Shown: positions 37,793-47,432, counted from the first letter of the whole stretch. The stretch is 63,725 nt of DNA, filler included, from Candidatus Huberarchaeum crystalense (GCA_002790315.1; 5 parts of 5 records of this genome joined end to end with filler, not necessarily neighbours in it); one strand, 5' to 3'. Program-made: numbers and translations. Notes: a model not told the origin generated them from the sequence alone.

Positions 37793-38917
37793 ATGGCAAA
37801 GATAGGGAGAAGATATTCTTGGTTTAACAACAAATATGCAGGGACATCTGAATATCCACCTACGCCTCGACAATATCAAGAATTATGTTCTATTGCGAAT
37901 GATAAGGATAACTACTCACATCCTAAAAATACGGTTTCTCCGATAAATATAATATCAAAAGGTTTTTTTCAATCCGAAGCACAAAAAGCCCTTCAAAACT
38001 CACAGATTGAAAAAGCGTTTGAAATCGCCGAGCAATACATCAAGACATCAAAAAGAAAATTTTATCGGTTTTTTGATAATGAGACAAAAAAAATCATAAT
38101 CTCAAAGCAACTCAACCGTTTTGACGAGGCATATGTTTTTTCTGCGAAGCGGAAACTCAAAGGGCTCCGAGAGATTGGACATGGGCATGATATCATGCAC
38201 ATCACCCTCACAATTTCTCACGCAGAAAACGCAGATTATGTCGAAAAATATCGGCAACTTAAGGATAAATTTAATGATTTTATGTGCTATTTGAAGCGAG
38301 TAATAAAAAAAAACATAGACTATATCTCGACATATGAAGTTACGCAAGCAAGCGACGGGCGATACCATCAGCACATCCACATCATCATCATTGGGGTTGG
38401 GTTTCTCCCGAAAAAAACAATATTACTGCTATCCGCAAAATGGAAAAAAATAACAAACTCCCGATATATCCACTTCAAATACATTTCAAAAAATCGAAAT
38501 GTCAACATTTTTTCCTACGCCATGAAGTATATAACAAAGGAATTTGCGAACATAAATCTCACAACAGTTCTTCTTTTTTCCTTGAGAGGAAAGGCATACA
38601 CGATGTCTCAGCGCCTTTCCCAACTCATATCAGAAAAAATAGTAGTGGTAGGTGAAAAAAAATATAAATATATTGACTCATTTGAAGCACAGGATATTTT
38701 CTGGGGTTACAACATTTCCGATTACGATCCGGCTTCTCTCACCTTTTTCTTTTCTTTTATTTCTGCGGAAGAAAAAATGAAACTTCTTTCCGAAGGCACC
38801 CAACAAGCGGAAGCCACGCAGAAAAAACAAGAAGACCGACGAAAAATGGATGAAAGAGATATCGAAGCGAACAAAAAAAACGCAATTAATATAAAAAATA
38901 TGATAAAAATAAAATAA
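37793..38917 (+). CDS. rep: rolling-circle replication initiator, HUH endonuclease with two catalytic tyrosines
   Basis: Motif I HITLT (~38198), motif II YHQHIHIII (~38366), motif III YAMKYITK (~38516), in the canonical order. Confidence 0.9.
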   Translation: MAKIGRRYSWFNNKYAGTSEYPPTPRQYQELCSIANDKDNYSHPKNTVSPINIISKGFFQSEAQKALQNSQIEKAFEIAEQYIKTSKRKFYRFFDNETKKIIISKQLNRFDEAYVFSAKRKLKGLREIGHGHDIMHITLTISHAENADYVEKYRQLKDKFNDFMCYLKRVIKKNIDYISTYEVTQASDGRYHQHIHIIIIGVGFLPKKTILLLSAKWKKITNSRYIHFKYISKNRNVNIFSYAMKYITKEFANINLTTVLLFSLRGKAYTMSQRLSQLISEKIVVVGEKKYKYIDSFEAQDIFWGYNISDYDPASLTFFFSFISAEEKMKLLSEGTQQAEATQKKQEDRRKMDERDIEANKKNAINIKNMIKIK

Positions 38918-38924
38918 AAACACA

Positions 38925-39308
38925 ATGAAAAACATAGGAGCGGGCGTGAGCGTAGTTCTCGCGCAGGAAAAAAAACAAGAAGAAGAAGGAGAAGTAAAGA
39001 AAGAAGAAGAAGAATATATTCCGATGAGAAATGAGATGATATTCTTCCTGCGGGAAGACCCAAGCATTCAAATATCCGCCGTAGGGGAATGGTGCGAAAA
39101 TGCCCGAGGCGATATAGTGAAGGAGGCAGACATATATTTCCTTCATATCCTGACGGGTCAAAGGTGCGAGAGTGCATGGTCGTGTCTGGTCGGCATGTCG
39201 GAACCTGATGAACACGCAACCGAAAAATGGGAAGCACTCTGCGAGCGTATCGAAGAACTTGAAAACCTCGAAGTGAATGTATGCGACGAGAAACAAGTCG
39301 GGCTATAA
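38925..39308 (+). CDS. element hypothetical acidic protein
   Basis: Directly follows rep on the same strand; E/K-rich N-terminus. Confidence 0.6.
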   Translation: MKNIGAGVSVVLAQEKKQEEEGEVKKEEEEYIPMRNEMIFFLREDPSIQISAVGEWCENARGDIVKEADIYFLHILTGQRCESAWSCLVGMSEPDEHATEKWEALCERIEELENLEVNVCDEKQVGL

Positions 39309-39343
39309 AAAACAAAAAACAAAAATAAAATAAAACAAACAAG

Positions 39344-39763
39344 ATGAAAAACCCAAAAGCAATTTTGGACACCTCCACTGTTGGAGTGTATGAACTAAAA
39401 AAATATATTTTGCGTCGCTCGATGAAAAAAATTGATGCTATTTTGCGGAAGACCCGCCGAATACGAAAAATGACAGCTGATTTCTACGAGCGAATTGATG
39501 ATGTGCCCCCGCTCGAAACGGACGAACAAGCAGAGCGACACGCAAAAAAAATCAATGATTTTCAGCGGGGAATAGGGAGAAGGTGGGGTGAAATATGGCT
39601 TGACAAAGAGGAAATTTACGCCACAATCGCCACGCTTTATGAGCTCGCGGATGTCCGGAAAAAATATCCTGACATCGTGGAGCCTGAAAGTATACCTTCC
39701 TGGGTGGATATTCGTCGGGAAATTGAATGCCGGATGAAAAAAACGATCTGTGCGAAAGAGTAG
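39344..39763 (+). CDS. element hypothetical helical protein
   Basis: 139-aa charged ORF, co-directional with rep. Confidence 0.6.
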   Translation: MKNPKAILDTSTVGVYELKKYILRRSMKKIDAILRKTRRIRKMTADFYERIDDVPPLETDEQAERHAKKINDFQRGIGRRWGEIWLDKEEIYATIATLYELADVRKKYPDIVEPESIPSWVDIRREIECRMKKTICAKE

Positions 39764-39995
39764 GCTTGCGAAAATGACATATAAATAGTATATGAGAGGG
39801 TGTGTCGCCGTATCATCCGCCCGATACGCCGACCCCCTCGTCATTCGCAATACTTTTACTTTTTTTTGGTTACTTTTTTTTGGAAAAAAAAGGAACATAA
39901 TAATAACAATATAATAATGATATAAAAGAATTATAATAATATTTATATAGTATCTTAATAGTATCTTATTAATAATTTGATAATAACTTAATAAA

Positions 39996-40071
39996 ATGTT
40001 TAATTTTCTAAAAAAAAACACCGTAGATGAGAAAGAAATCATCGAAATTAAAAAAAAAATTGCCTATATTG
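39996..40071 (+). CDS. element ORF start, truncated by scaffold end
   Basis: MFNFLKKNTVDEKEIIEIKKKIAYI runs into the linker. Confidence 0.5.
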
Positions 40072-40171
40072 NNNNNNNNNNNNNNNNNNNNNNNNNNNNN
40101 NNNNNNNNNNNNNNNTTAATTAATTAANNNNNNNNNNNNNNNNNNNNNNNNNNNNNNNNNNNNNNNNNNNN
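40072..40171. other. artificial scaffold linker
   Basis: N44-TTAATTAATTAA-N44. Confidence 0.97.
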
Positions 40172-40826
40172 CAGCAGAATAAGCAGCAGCAGAAGATAAA
40201 TAAGAAAAAATTAAGCTAAAAACTGCAGGATACCACCGCATAAATACTGTTAAAAATACTGAAAGAAAAAAGAACAAAAAAGAAAGCACGGCTGCGACTA
40301 TGTAAAGCCCAGATTCAAAAGAAGTTATGTTTTTATTTTTATCACAAGCAATACTATATAAATTTTCAAAGCTTTTTTTATATGTATCCCACATATTGTT
40401 TGTCAAGATACTATATCCAAAAACAAACGAAAACGCTGATTTAGATGAGTTTATAAATGTCTTGTTCGCCTCATCACAATTATTCAGCATATAGTTTTGA
40501 ATTGACGCGCCCATCTGTACACTAGCAATCTTAAAACTCTCTATTGAGTCAGTTATTTCTTGCATAAAAAGATCTATTTTACAAGCACCAGGAGTTGTAA
40601 GGCAGGTTTGAAACATCTCTACCCCACCCCCTATTTTGCAAATCGGGCTAAAAAAAGGTGATTCACAAATCTTATCAAAAGACTCTACAGCCTTACTAAT
40701 ATCTCCTAAAAATGTATAAACCATTAAGCCAACAAATATAAAAAATACAAATAATAAGTAAATAGGGCTAATTTCTTTATTGTTTGATGAAGGTGACGGC
40801 ATAAACTTTTGTATAACAAATGCCAT
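40172..40826 (-). CDS. membrane protein, truncated
   Basis: N-terminal TM, Cys-containing loop, further TM helices at the break. Confidence 0.6.
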
Positions 40827-40943
40827 AAAAATTTGATCAAAAACTTCTGCTTAACTTATTGCAAAGAGTAAATAATCAAATAAATAATGTAAAGAGTAAA
40901 TAATCAAATAATTTATGTAGATTTATTTGTATAAATCTGCGTT

Positions 40944-41016
40944 GCCAGAGTAGCTCAGTAGGTAGAGCGACTGACTGTTAATCAGTAGGTCGTAGGTTCG
41001 AATCCTTCCTCTGGCG
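40944..41016 (+). tRNA. tRNA-Asn(GUU)
   Basis: GCCAGAG/CTCTGGC acceptor stem; ACTGA-CT GTT AA-TCAGT anticodon arm; GGTTCGAATCC. Confidence 0.96.
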
Positions 41017-41177
41017 CTAAATCGAATTTAAATGTGACAACATCAAATCTAAAAGTAAATCTAATTTTTGCGTAATTGGTTCTTTAGACAATAAACCAAA
41101 AACATATATCTTATACTTTTTACGCAATTCAGTATAATTTATTATATTATCTTCTTCAATAGAATACTCTGATTTTT

Positions 41178-41570
41178 TTATAACATTTGCAATAAGTATC
41201 TTATATTTATATTTGCAATAAATATTATCTTTCTTTGTTTGAATTGTAAATTCATTATTTTTGTATATATTTTAATTAAGTTTTTTATTTGCTCTTCTGT
41301 TGGCGTTAATTCTTCATATTTTTCACCTGTTTTATAGTCTTGGTAACAATTTCTATTATAATCTGTAGAAACAATTATTTTTACCATATCCTTATCTAAA
41401 TGATAATGTTTTATGGCAAGCATACTTATAAGTAAAAAAATAGGAAAATAATTTTTATTTAATAAATTAGAAGGTGTGTTTTTAAAATAATTATAATTAC
41501 CTCCCTCATTATTTTCCATAATATGTTTATATTTAAAAGCAGATATATTGCCAAATTTACTTGCCTTCAA
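41178..41570 (-). CDS. hypothetical protein (very AT-rich)
   Basis: 130-aa ORF only; no recognised motif. Confidence 0.35.
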   Translation of the reverse strand: MKASKFGNISAFKYKHIMENNEGGNYNYFKNTPSNLLNKNYFPIFLLISMLAIKHYHLDKDMVKIIVSTDYNRNCYQDYKTGEKYEELTPTEEQIKNLIKIYTKIMNLQFKQRKIIFIANINIRYLLQML

Positions 41571-42081
41571 CTCTACACTTATCTACAAAATCAATCAGCG
41601 CCTCTTTGTTTTGCTTTCCTATTTTTGTTTTTCCGCTTCCATAGCATATAAATGTAGGAATTGAGTGAATATTTGGGTACTTCACTGCAATGAGTTTTCC
41701 TATTTCTGTGTTAGTTTCTGCATTTACTATTGGATAACCTGCTTGGATTAATTCATTTACAATTGGTTTCATTGTTTGGCAATGTTGGCACCAATTTGCG
41801 TGAAAGAAAATCACTGTGTTTTCTGACAATTCTACATTGGTTTGAGTTGTAGTATTCATCGCATTTTGGCTTTGATTATTGATTTTAATTATATTATTTT
41901 TTCCATAAACTTCATTAATATATAACAACAAAAAACCAGAACCTATAACAACAATTCCAAAAATTATACTTATAAATACTAACAACAACATATTTTTCTT
42001 TACTCTAATAAACTCTTTTGCTTTCTCTACTATTGTTTTGTCAGGTGCGTACACTTCTGTTTTTTTGCTTTTTGTTGCCAT
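41557..42081 (-). CDS. membrane-anchored thioredoxin (start moved to MATKS)
   Basis: TM helix followed by FFHANWCQHC and SIPTF cis-Pro motif. Confidence 0.88.
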   Translation of the reverse strand: MATKSKKTEVYAPDKTIVEKAKEFIRVKKNMLLLVFISIIFGIVVIGSGFLLLYINEVYGKNNIIKINNQSQNAMNTTTQTNVELSENTVIFFHANWCQHCQTMKPIVNELIQAGYPIVNAETNTEIGKLIAVKYPNIHSIPTFICYGSGKTKIGKQNKEALIDFVDKCRVEGK

Positions 42082-42203
42082 ATTTTTAGAATTTAACAAC
42101 CATAACCACAAGTACAAGAACAAGAAGAATGATAACTATCCCTACTATTACTGACTTGTCAGTAAGTGCGTCCTTGAATTGTTGAAATTTGTCTTTTTCC
42201 ATA

Positions 42204-42701
42204 TTATTTTTGCTTATCTTTTGGTTTTGAAAGTGAAAGCAAGGCCTCATCTGCGTGGCTGCGGCACAAATAAATAAATTGACTCATTAAATCTCGTGAC
42301 ACTGCGCGGCCTACAAAACCAATGCGTGGATTGCTTGCACAAAACATTAAAGGAACACCATCACTAACATATTGACCATAACAACCAAGTATTTTTTTAA
42401 ATTCTGTGCTGTTCTTGTCAATATAATCAATTTTTATAAAAGTAATACTTTGGTTTTCCCAATATTTTACTTCTTCTAACATCACTTCACACACATCGCA
42501 ATATACTGATGAATAAACATATATAATTGAATTTGGATTTATTCCTTCGCTAATAGCGCACTTATAATCTTCAAACCATATTTTATTATTATCCTGCATA
42601 TCTGATGTTCCGCCACTTGACCAAAAAACAACTGAGCTAGCAAGGAGCATAATCGCTACTAAAATAACGGCTATTTTAGAAATGTTATTTTGATTTTTCA
42701 T
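42204..42701 (-). CDS. secreted or anchored thioredoxin-fold protein
   Basis: N-terminal hydrophobic helix, YSSVYCDVC and GVP motifs. Confidence 0.7.
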   Translation of the reverse strand: MKNQNNISKIAVILVAIMLLASSVVFWSSGGTSDMQDNNKIWFEDYKCAISEGINPNSIIYVYSSVYCDVCEVMLEEVKYWENQSITFIKIDYIDKNSTEFKKILGCYGQYVSDGVPLMFCASNPRIGFVGRAVSRDLMSQFIYLCRSHADEALLSLSKPKDKQK

Positions 42702-42838
42702 AATCTTTTTATATCAAGTTTAGAGAAATTTTGCTTATTTGCAAAGCAAATAACAATATAGAAAAAATAAATTTACAAAAAAGGTATGTGTTGTTGTAAA
42801 AAATAATAAACTTGCAAAATAAATAGTAACAGTAACTA

Positions 42839-45508
42839 TTAACTTATTACAAACACACCTGTTAATTGATTACTAATTGCGCTGAAAATCATACTCATTC
42901 CAAACAAAATTACAATAAAAATAACAGTAGAAACAAGCATATTTCCTTTTAGTGATTCAGCAAACTTTAAAATATCATCTCCATAGACAATATATGATGC
43001 AAAATAGCTTATAATAATAATACTAGTAATAAAATAAATACCAACAATAGCTGCAAAAAGATCTGGCGGAAGCGAATTATAAATCTTAAATCCAAACATT
43101 CCTGCTGATGTAAATGATGACATGCTACTTATTTCAGAAGTATCTGCTATAGAAAGTTCTGGCAAAGCCATAATTAAATTAAAAACAGTTCCTATCAAAA
43201 ACACAAAATTTATTATGGTCGCAGATATAAACGGCAAAAGTAGATAAATATTAATTTTCATTGAGCTTACTGTGTCTGCCATTTCTTGTTTAATTTGTGT
43301 ATTTATCTTTTCCATATTGCGCAAATAAACAGAGAGCGATGCCAATGTGCGCGCAAGATTCTGCGAACCTTTATCAACTGTTTTTGCCACAATAATAAGC
43401 AAATCATAGATTAATTTTGATGGTGCATAATTTAGCGCACCTATTTCTGAATTATAAAGCGCGTCTTCAAAATTCATTTTCAAAACAGTCATATTTTTTA
43501 AAACCCTATCAAAAAACACGCGAACTTCTGTTGTTTCTGTTGTATTTACAATGTGCTGTATGCTTGTTTCCAAAGGAAGACCGCGAAAAAGCAAAGTGCT
43601 TAATTGATAAAAAGAAACACTCAATTCGCGCTCAATTATGTCAACATTTTCAGACTCTTTTTTATATGCGTCAACAATCTTTCCTAAAATATTTCTAACA
43701 AACCAAACAATTGCAACAAATAAAGTAATTACAACAAAAATCCAAAGAATTGTTGTTTGTTTGATAAGATATGAAATTGTTAGCTTTCCTACTGTTCCGT
43801 CTGCTAACATAATGTTTGCGCTAAAATTATGCTCCCCAACTAATCCACTAAATTGTTGTTGCGGGGGCAATCTATACGAAACGCAATAAGCGTTAGTGTT
43901 TTCAACACAAGGAGCTATTGTAATTTGGTTTTTAAGTGCAGAAGCATTACCCAAAACATACTTTACTTTATTTTCTTTTGAAAGACGCTCGTTTGTTATT
44001 TGCATAATATTTGAATTAAGGCCTTTAATAGTAAAATCTACTTTGTCTGATGGTAAAAAAGAATATTTATTAGAACTTACTTGCAAATTTAAATTTTTAT
44101 CTTGAACAACATGAAGTCCTAGCGGAGAGTAAAATGCAGCAAAAAACACGAGCGCTGGCGAGGCAATAATTAATAAAATTACAACAAGTTTTATTATTTG
44201 AAATTTTGAAAGATTAAATTTAGACAGGTCTTGAGAAATCACACCTCCAAAACCAGGTCTATTACTAACTAAAATATAAACCACTATTAAAATAAAAAAA
44301 GGTAAAACAAGGTCATAAAGCAAGGCAAGATAACCTGGTTTTATTAATTCAGGCATAAACATTACAATCATAGGAATCATTATACTAATCATCATTGGAA
44401 GCATAATACCCATCATATTTATTATATCTGTTGGAGTTTTTAATCCTTTTACAAAAAGTTGTGTATCATCATGAATATCTTGAAGCATTGACTCCATTAT
44501 ATAATCATATCTCTTAATTCGGTCACTTTCAGTAGATTCAAAAAAAGACATTTGCACCTTTTCTAAACTGCTAACAAAAATAGGACTCCATTTTTTCCAT
44601 TTTTTTATATATTCATCAAGCGCTGAATCTAGTGAAGAATATTTGGAATGAGATAAGTCCCACAAAATCTTTCGCAATTGATATGCTAATGGACCTTCTA
44701 ATCGCGTGCTAGTAAAAAATAAAGCGTTTTCAAGCACAGGCTCATTTTTCAAATACACAATAATATAAAGCAAAGCAATTGGAGCTGTAAGGTTAAATTT
44801 TTGAATTGCGCGCTTTTCTTGAATAAAAGGATAATATATATAAAACAAAACAACCAACATACAAAAGATAAAAATAAGGCCAGCATAAATAATATCAGCA
44901 GCAAATACAAAAATTCCGAAACACAAAATAAGGCTCAAAACAAACAACAGAAAAGCCACAAAAACAACTTGGCGTGGAACAATCGAATATATATGAAGCA
45001 TCTCAAATGCATTTATATATTTTTGCCCCCATTTTTTTGGTATCATAAATTTAAATATTCCAATCTTTTTAGTAATTTTTTCATAAAGTGTGTGGGGTTT
45101 TTGAAGCTCGTCAAACGATTTTTTAAACACATCATACGCCTCACGCGATTGAACTTGCCATTTAAATGATTCTTTATCAGATCTTTCTAATATTCCGCTG
45201 TATCTTTTAAAAATATTTGAAATTTCAGCAATGTCTGTGTCAATAGCAGAAGGTATATCTGCAATATTTGAGCCATTAGTCTTTCCTGTTTGTGCATCTT
45301 TTTTAGAGTTAGTATTTATTTTGTCTTCATTAAATATATCTTTTTTGATGTTATTATTTGTTTTGTCTTCATTAAATATATCTTTTTTGATGTTATTATT
45401 TGTTTTGTCTTCATTAAATATATCTTTTTTGATGTTATTATTTATTTTATCTTTGTTTTTATCAAAGTTGTTATTTTTATCCCTGTCAGGCAATTTTGGT
45501 GCAATCAT
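42839..45508 (-). CDS. type IV pilus platform protein, TadC/FlaJ (T2SSF) family
   Basis: PIALLYIIVYLKNEPVLENAL...GPLAYQLRKILWD and second domain GLPLETSI; multi-TM; N-terminal 14-aa repeats. Confidence 0.8.
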   Translation of the reverse strand: MIAPKLPDRDKNNNFDKNKDKINNNIKKDIFNEDKTNNNIKKDIFNEDKTNNNIKKDIFNEDKINTNSKKDAQTGKTNGSNIADIPSAIDTDIAEISNIFKRYSGILERSDKESFKWQVQSREAYDVFKKSFDELQKPHTLYEKITKKIGIFKFMIPKKWGQKYINAFEMLHIYSIVPRQVVFVAFLLFVLSLILCFGIFVFAADIIYAGLIFIFCMLVVLFYIYYPFIQEKRAIQKFNLTAPIALLYIIVYLKNEPVLENALFFTSTRLEGPLAYQLRKILWDLSHSKYSSLDSALDEYIKKWKKWSPIFVSSLEKVQMSFFESTESDRIKRYDYIMESMLQDIHDDTQLFVKGLKTPTDIINMMGIMLPMMISIMIPMIVMFMPELIKPGYLALLYDLVLPFFILIVVYILVSNRPGFGGVISQDLSKFNLSKFQIIKLVVILLIIASPALVFFAAFYSPLGLHVVQDKNLNLQVSSNKYSFLPSDKVDFTIKGLNSNIMQITNERLSKENKVKYVLGNASALKNQITIAPCVENTNAYCVSYRLPPQQQFSGLVGEHNFSANIMLADGTVGKLTISYLIKQTTILWIFVVITLFVAIVWFVRNILGKIVDAYKKESENVDIIERELSVSFYQLSTLLFRGLPLETSIQHIVNTTETTEVRVFFDRVLKNMTVLKMNFEDALYNSEIGALNYAPSKLIYDLLIIVAKTVDKGSQNLARTLASLSVYLRNMEKINTQIKQEMADTVSSMKINIYLLLPFISATIINFVFLIGTVFNLIMALPELSIADTSEISSMSSFTSAGMFGFKIYNSLPPDLFAAIVGIYFITSIIIISYFASYIVYGDDILKFAESLKGNMLVSTVIFIVILFGMSMIFSAISNQLTGVFVIS
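45315..45450. repeat. 42-bp coding tandem repeat, about 3 copies
   Basis: Encodes DKTNNNIKKDIFNE repeats at the N-terminus of the TadC-like protein. Confidence 0.9.
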
Positions 45509-45606
45509 AAAGTTTTTGCGTAATAAAAATTTTACACATTGTTGTTATGTGATAACTATAATACAAGTAGGTGTTGATTATATTAAGTAATTTCTATAAA
45601 AAGTAT

Positions 45607-46122
45607 ATGCAAACCAAACCACGCTCATTAAAAAGAGTGCGAATCTTAAAACAAGCAAACANNNNNNNNNNNNCAAAATGCATGCGAAAAGTAATGTTGG
45701 CAAAGGCAAGAAACAACATTACTCTGTCTATGAAAAAATATGCAGACCAGGTTAAAAATATACAAAGAGAAGGAAAAAACCAAAATTTGTATGTAAAACT
45801 ATTAGGGCGCGATGCAGGTGATATTGTTGAAATTACAAAAGTTATTGACGATAAATTTGTTGAAGTTCAAGGAACTATCAGAAAAAAGGTGAGAAAAGTT
45901 AATCGCGCGCACTTAGAGCCATTGCTTGTAAAAAATGAAGATATAATTAAAAAATCTGAAAAAGTAGAAACAAAGATAAGGAAAAAAAGAGGCGAAACCA
46001 TGAAAAAAATGAAAATAATAGGAATAGCGGGTAGCCCGAGAAAAGGAAAAATAAATAATATTATGGATTCAACAAAACAAAATTTAGAAGACGGATTTAT
46101 AATAAAAGAAATATTGAGGTAA
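45607..46122 (+). CDS. apparent eL34-eL14 ribosomal protein fusion (gap within the eL34 part)
   Basis: PRSLKRV...KCMRKVMLAKAR (eL34-like) runs in frame into VKLLGRDAG...IDDKFV...VNRAHLEP (eL14). Confidence 0.75.
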   Translation: MQTKPRSLKRVRILKQANXXXXXKCMRKVMLAKARNNITLSMKKYADQVKNIQREGKNQNLYVKLLGRDAGDIVEITKVIDDKFVEVQGTIRKKVRKVNRAHLEPLLVKNEDIIKKSEKVETKIRKKRGETMKKMKIIGIAGSPRKGKINNIMDSTKQNLEDGFIIKEILR

Positions 46123-46177
46123 TAATATGGCCAATTATAACAACAACCAAAAAGAAGAAATCATTGANNNNNNNNNN

Positions 46178-46619
46178 TGATCACACATAAACATGCCGAC
46201 CACTTCGATATAGATCTTTTGAAAACAATATTAACAAAGAGTATACCTGTGATTTTTACTAATACAGAAATTAAGGAAAGTTTGAAAAAGTATGGTATAA
46301 CTGCTAAAGAGATAAGTGAAGGAGTTACTGTTACAGAAGCGGGATTTTCTATTACAGCGATCAGAACAGATCACATAGTGAGAGACGAGAAAATCATAAA
46401 TTTTGGTTTGGTTGTATCAGCAGACGGAACAAATCTTTACCATACAAGCGATACCCTATTCATAGAACCATCACACCTCCCAAGAGAGACGAGGACAAAA
46501 TATCTTCTTGTTCCTATTTCAAACCGCGGGGTAGTAATGGGTATTGACGATGCCCTTGTGTTTTCAAGTGAGTTAAAGTCAAAAGTGGTAATACCTATAC
46601 ACTACGATTCACCAAAAGA
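46178..46619 (+). CDS. MBL-fold metallo-hydrolase, partial between gaps
   Basis: ITHKHADH (HxHxDH) just after the gap; YHTSDT and VIPIHY motifs. Confidence 0.85.
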
Positions 46620-46699
46620 NNNNNNNNNNNTATTATTTTAGCAAGTGGTTTGGGAACCTGACTCAGACTAAGAACAAATTATCCCAAAACTTCAAAAAA

Positions 46700-47386
46700 C
46701 TATTTCTTTCTACTTCTTCCTGTTCTCTTTGCCGAGAGATGTCCAACTTTTCTTCCGGGGGGGGTCTTTCGTCTGCTTATTGTTGTTGGGTGACCTAAAT
46801 TTTTGCCTCCGTGTGGGTGGGCATAAGCATCCATTGCTGTGCCTCGCACAACAGGATAAAGCTTTCTCGTCGCTGCTCTTGCAAAATGTTTGTTTCCTGC
46901 TTTTAAAAATGGTTTGTCTTCTTTTCCTCCGCCAGCTGCAATACCTATAATTGCGCGACAATTTGATGCAAAATATTTTGTTTTTTTAGATGGCAATTGA
47001 ACCAGCACTTTGCCTTCTTCTTTGTTTAATATAGTAGCAAATGAACCGGGAGTTCTAACTATTGTAGCATCGCTTGTGGGTGTAATTTCTATATTAAAAA
47101 ATTGTACACCAACAGGAATATATTTAAGCTCGCAGACATTTCCTTTTGTTGGTTTGTTCAATTCAATCATATCACCTACTTTATTACCTTCAGCTGCTAA
47201 CATATATAATATTGTTTTGTCTTCTTGCAATAATTTAAGAAGAGGTGTGTTGTGCAAAGTATCATCAACAATATCAATAATCTCTGCAGCTTGCAAAATC
47301 ATCTGAGGTTTTGCTAAAGCATGATGTTTCAGTGCTCGGAAGATGCTACCCTTTCCTCGCCGTTGTTGAATTAGTCTTTTTCCCAT
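46700..47386 (-). CDS. rpl2: 50S ribosomal protein uL2
   Basis: MGKRLIQQRRGKG, KPFLKAG, VRGTAMDAYAHPHGG, PPGRKVG. Confidence 0.97.
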   Translation of the reverse strand: MGKRLIQQRRGKGSIFRALKHHALAKPQMILQAAEIIDIVDDTLHNTPLLKLLQEDKTILYMLAAEGNKVGDMIELNKPTKGNVCELKYIPVGVQFFNIEITPTSDATIVRTPGSFATILNKEEGKVLVQLPSKKTKYFASNCRAIIGIAAGGGKEDKPFLKAGNKHFARAATRKLYPVVRGTAMDAYAHPHGGKNLGHPTTISRRKTPPGRKVGHLSAKRTGRSRKK

Positions 47387-47432
47387 ATATTTTTTAGCAA
47401 GATCAATATATTAAAACTTGAATTAAAACCTT

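Larger units (their letters stand above)
35198..40071 (+). mobile_element. partial small virus or rolling-circle element occupying a whole scaffold
   Basis: HUH Rep gene; ten intact co-directional ORFs plus one partial; no housekeeping genes; no GCGCGC found; AAAAT/ATAAT-repeat spacers. Confidence 0.85.

Noticed and set aside
38678-40042. Long minus-strand ORFs (218, 215, 136 and 129 aa) in the element
   Set aside because: Antisense shadows of the + strand genes with Phe/Ile-rich low-complexity translations.
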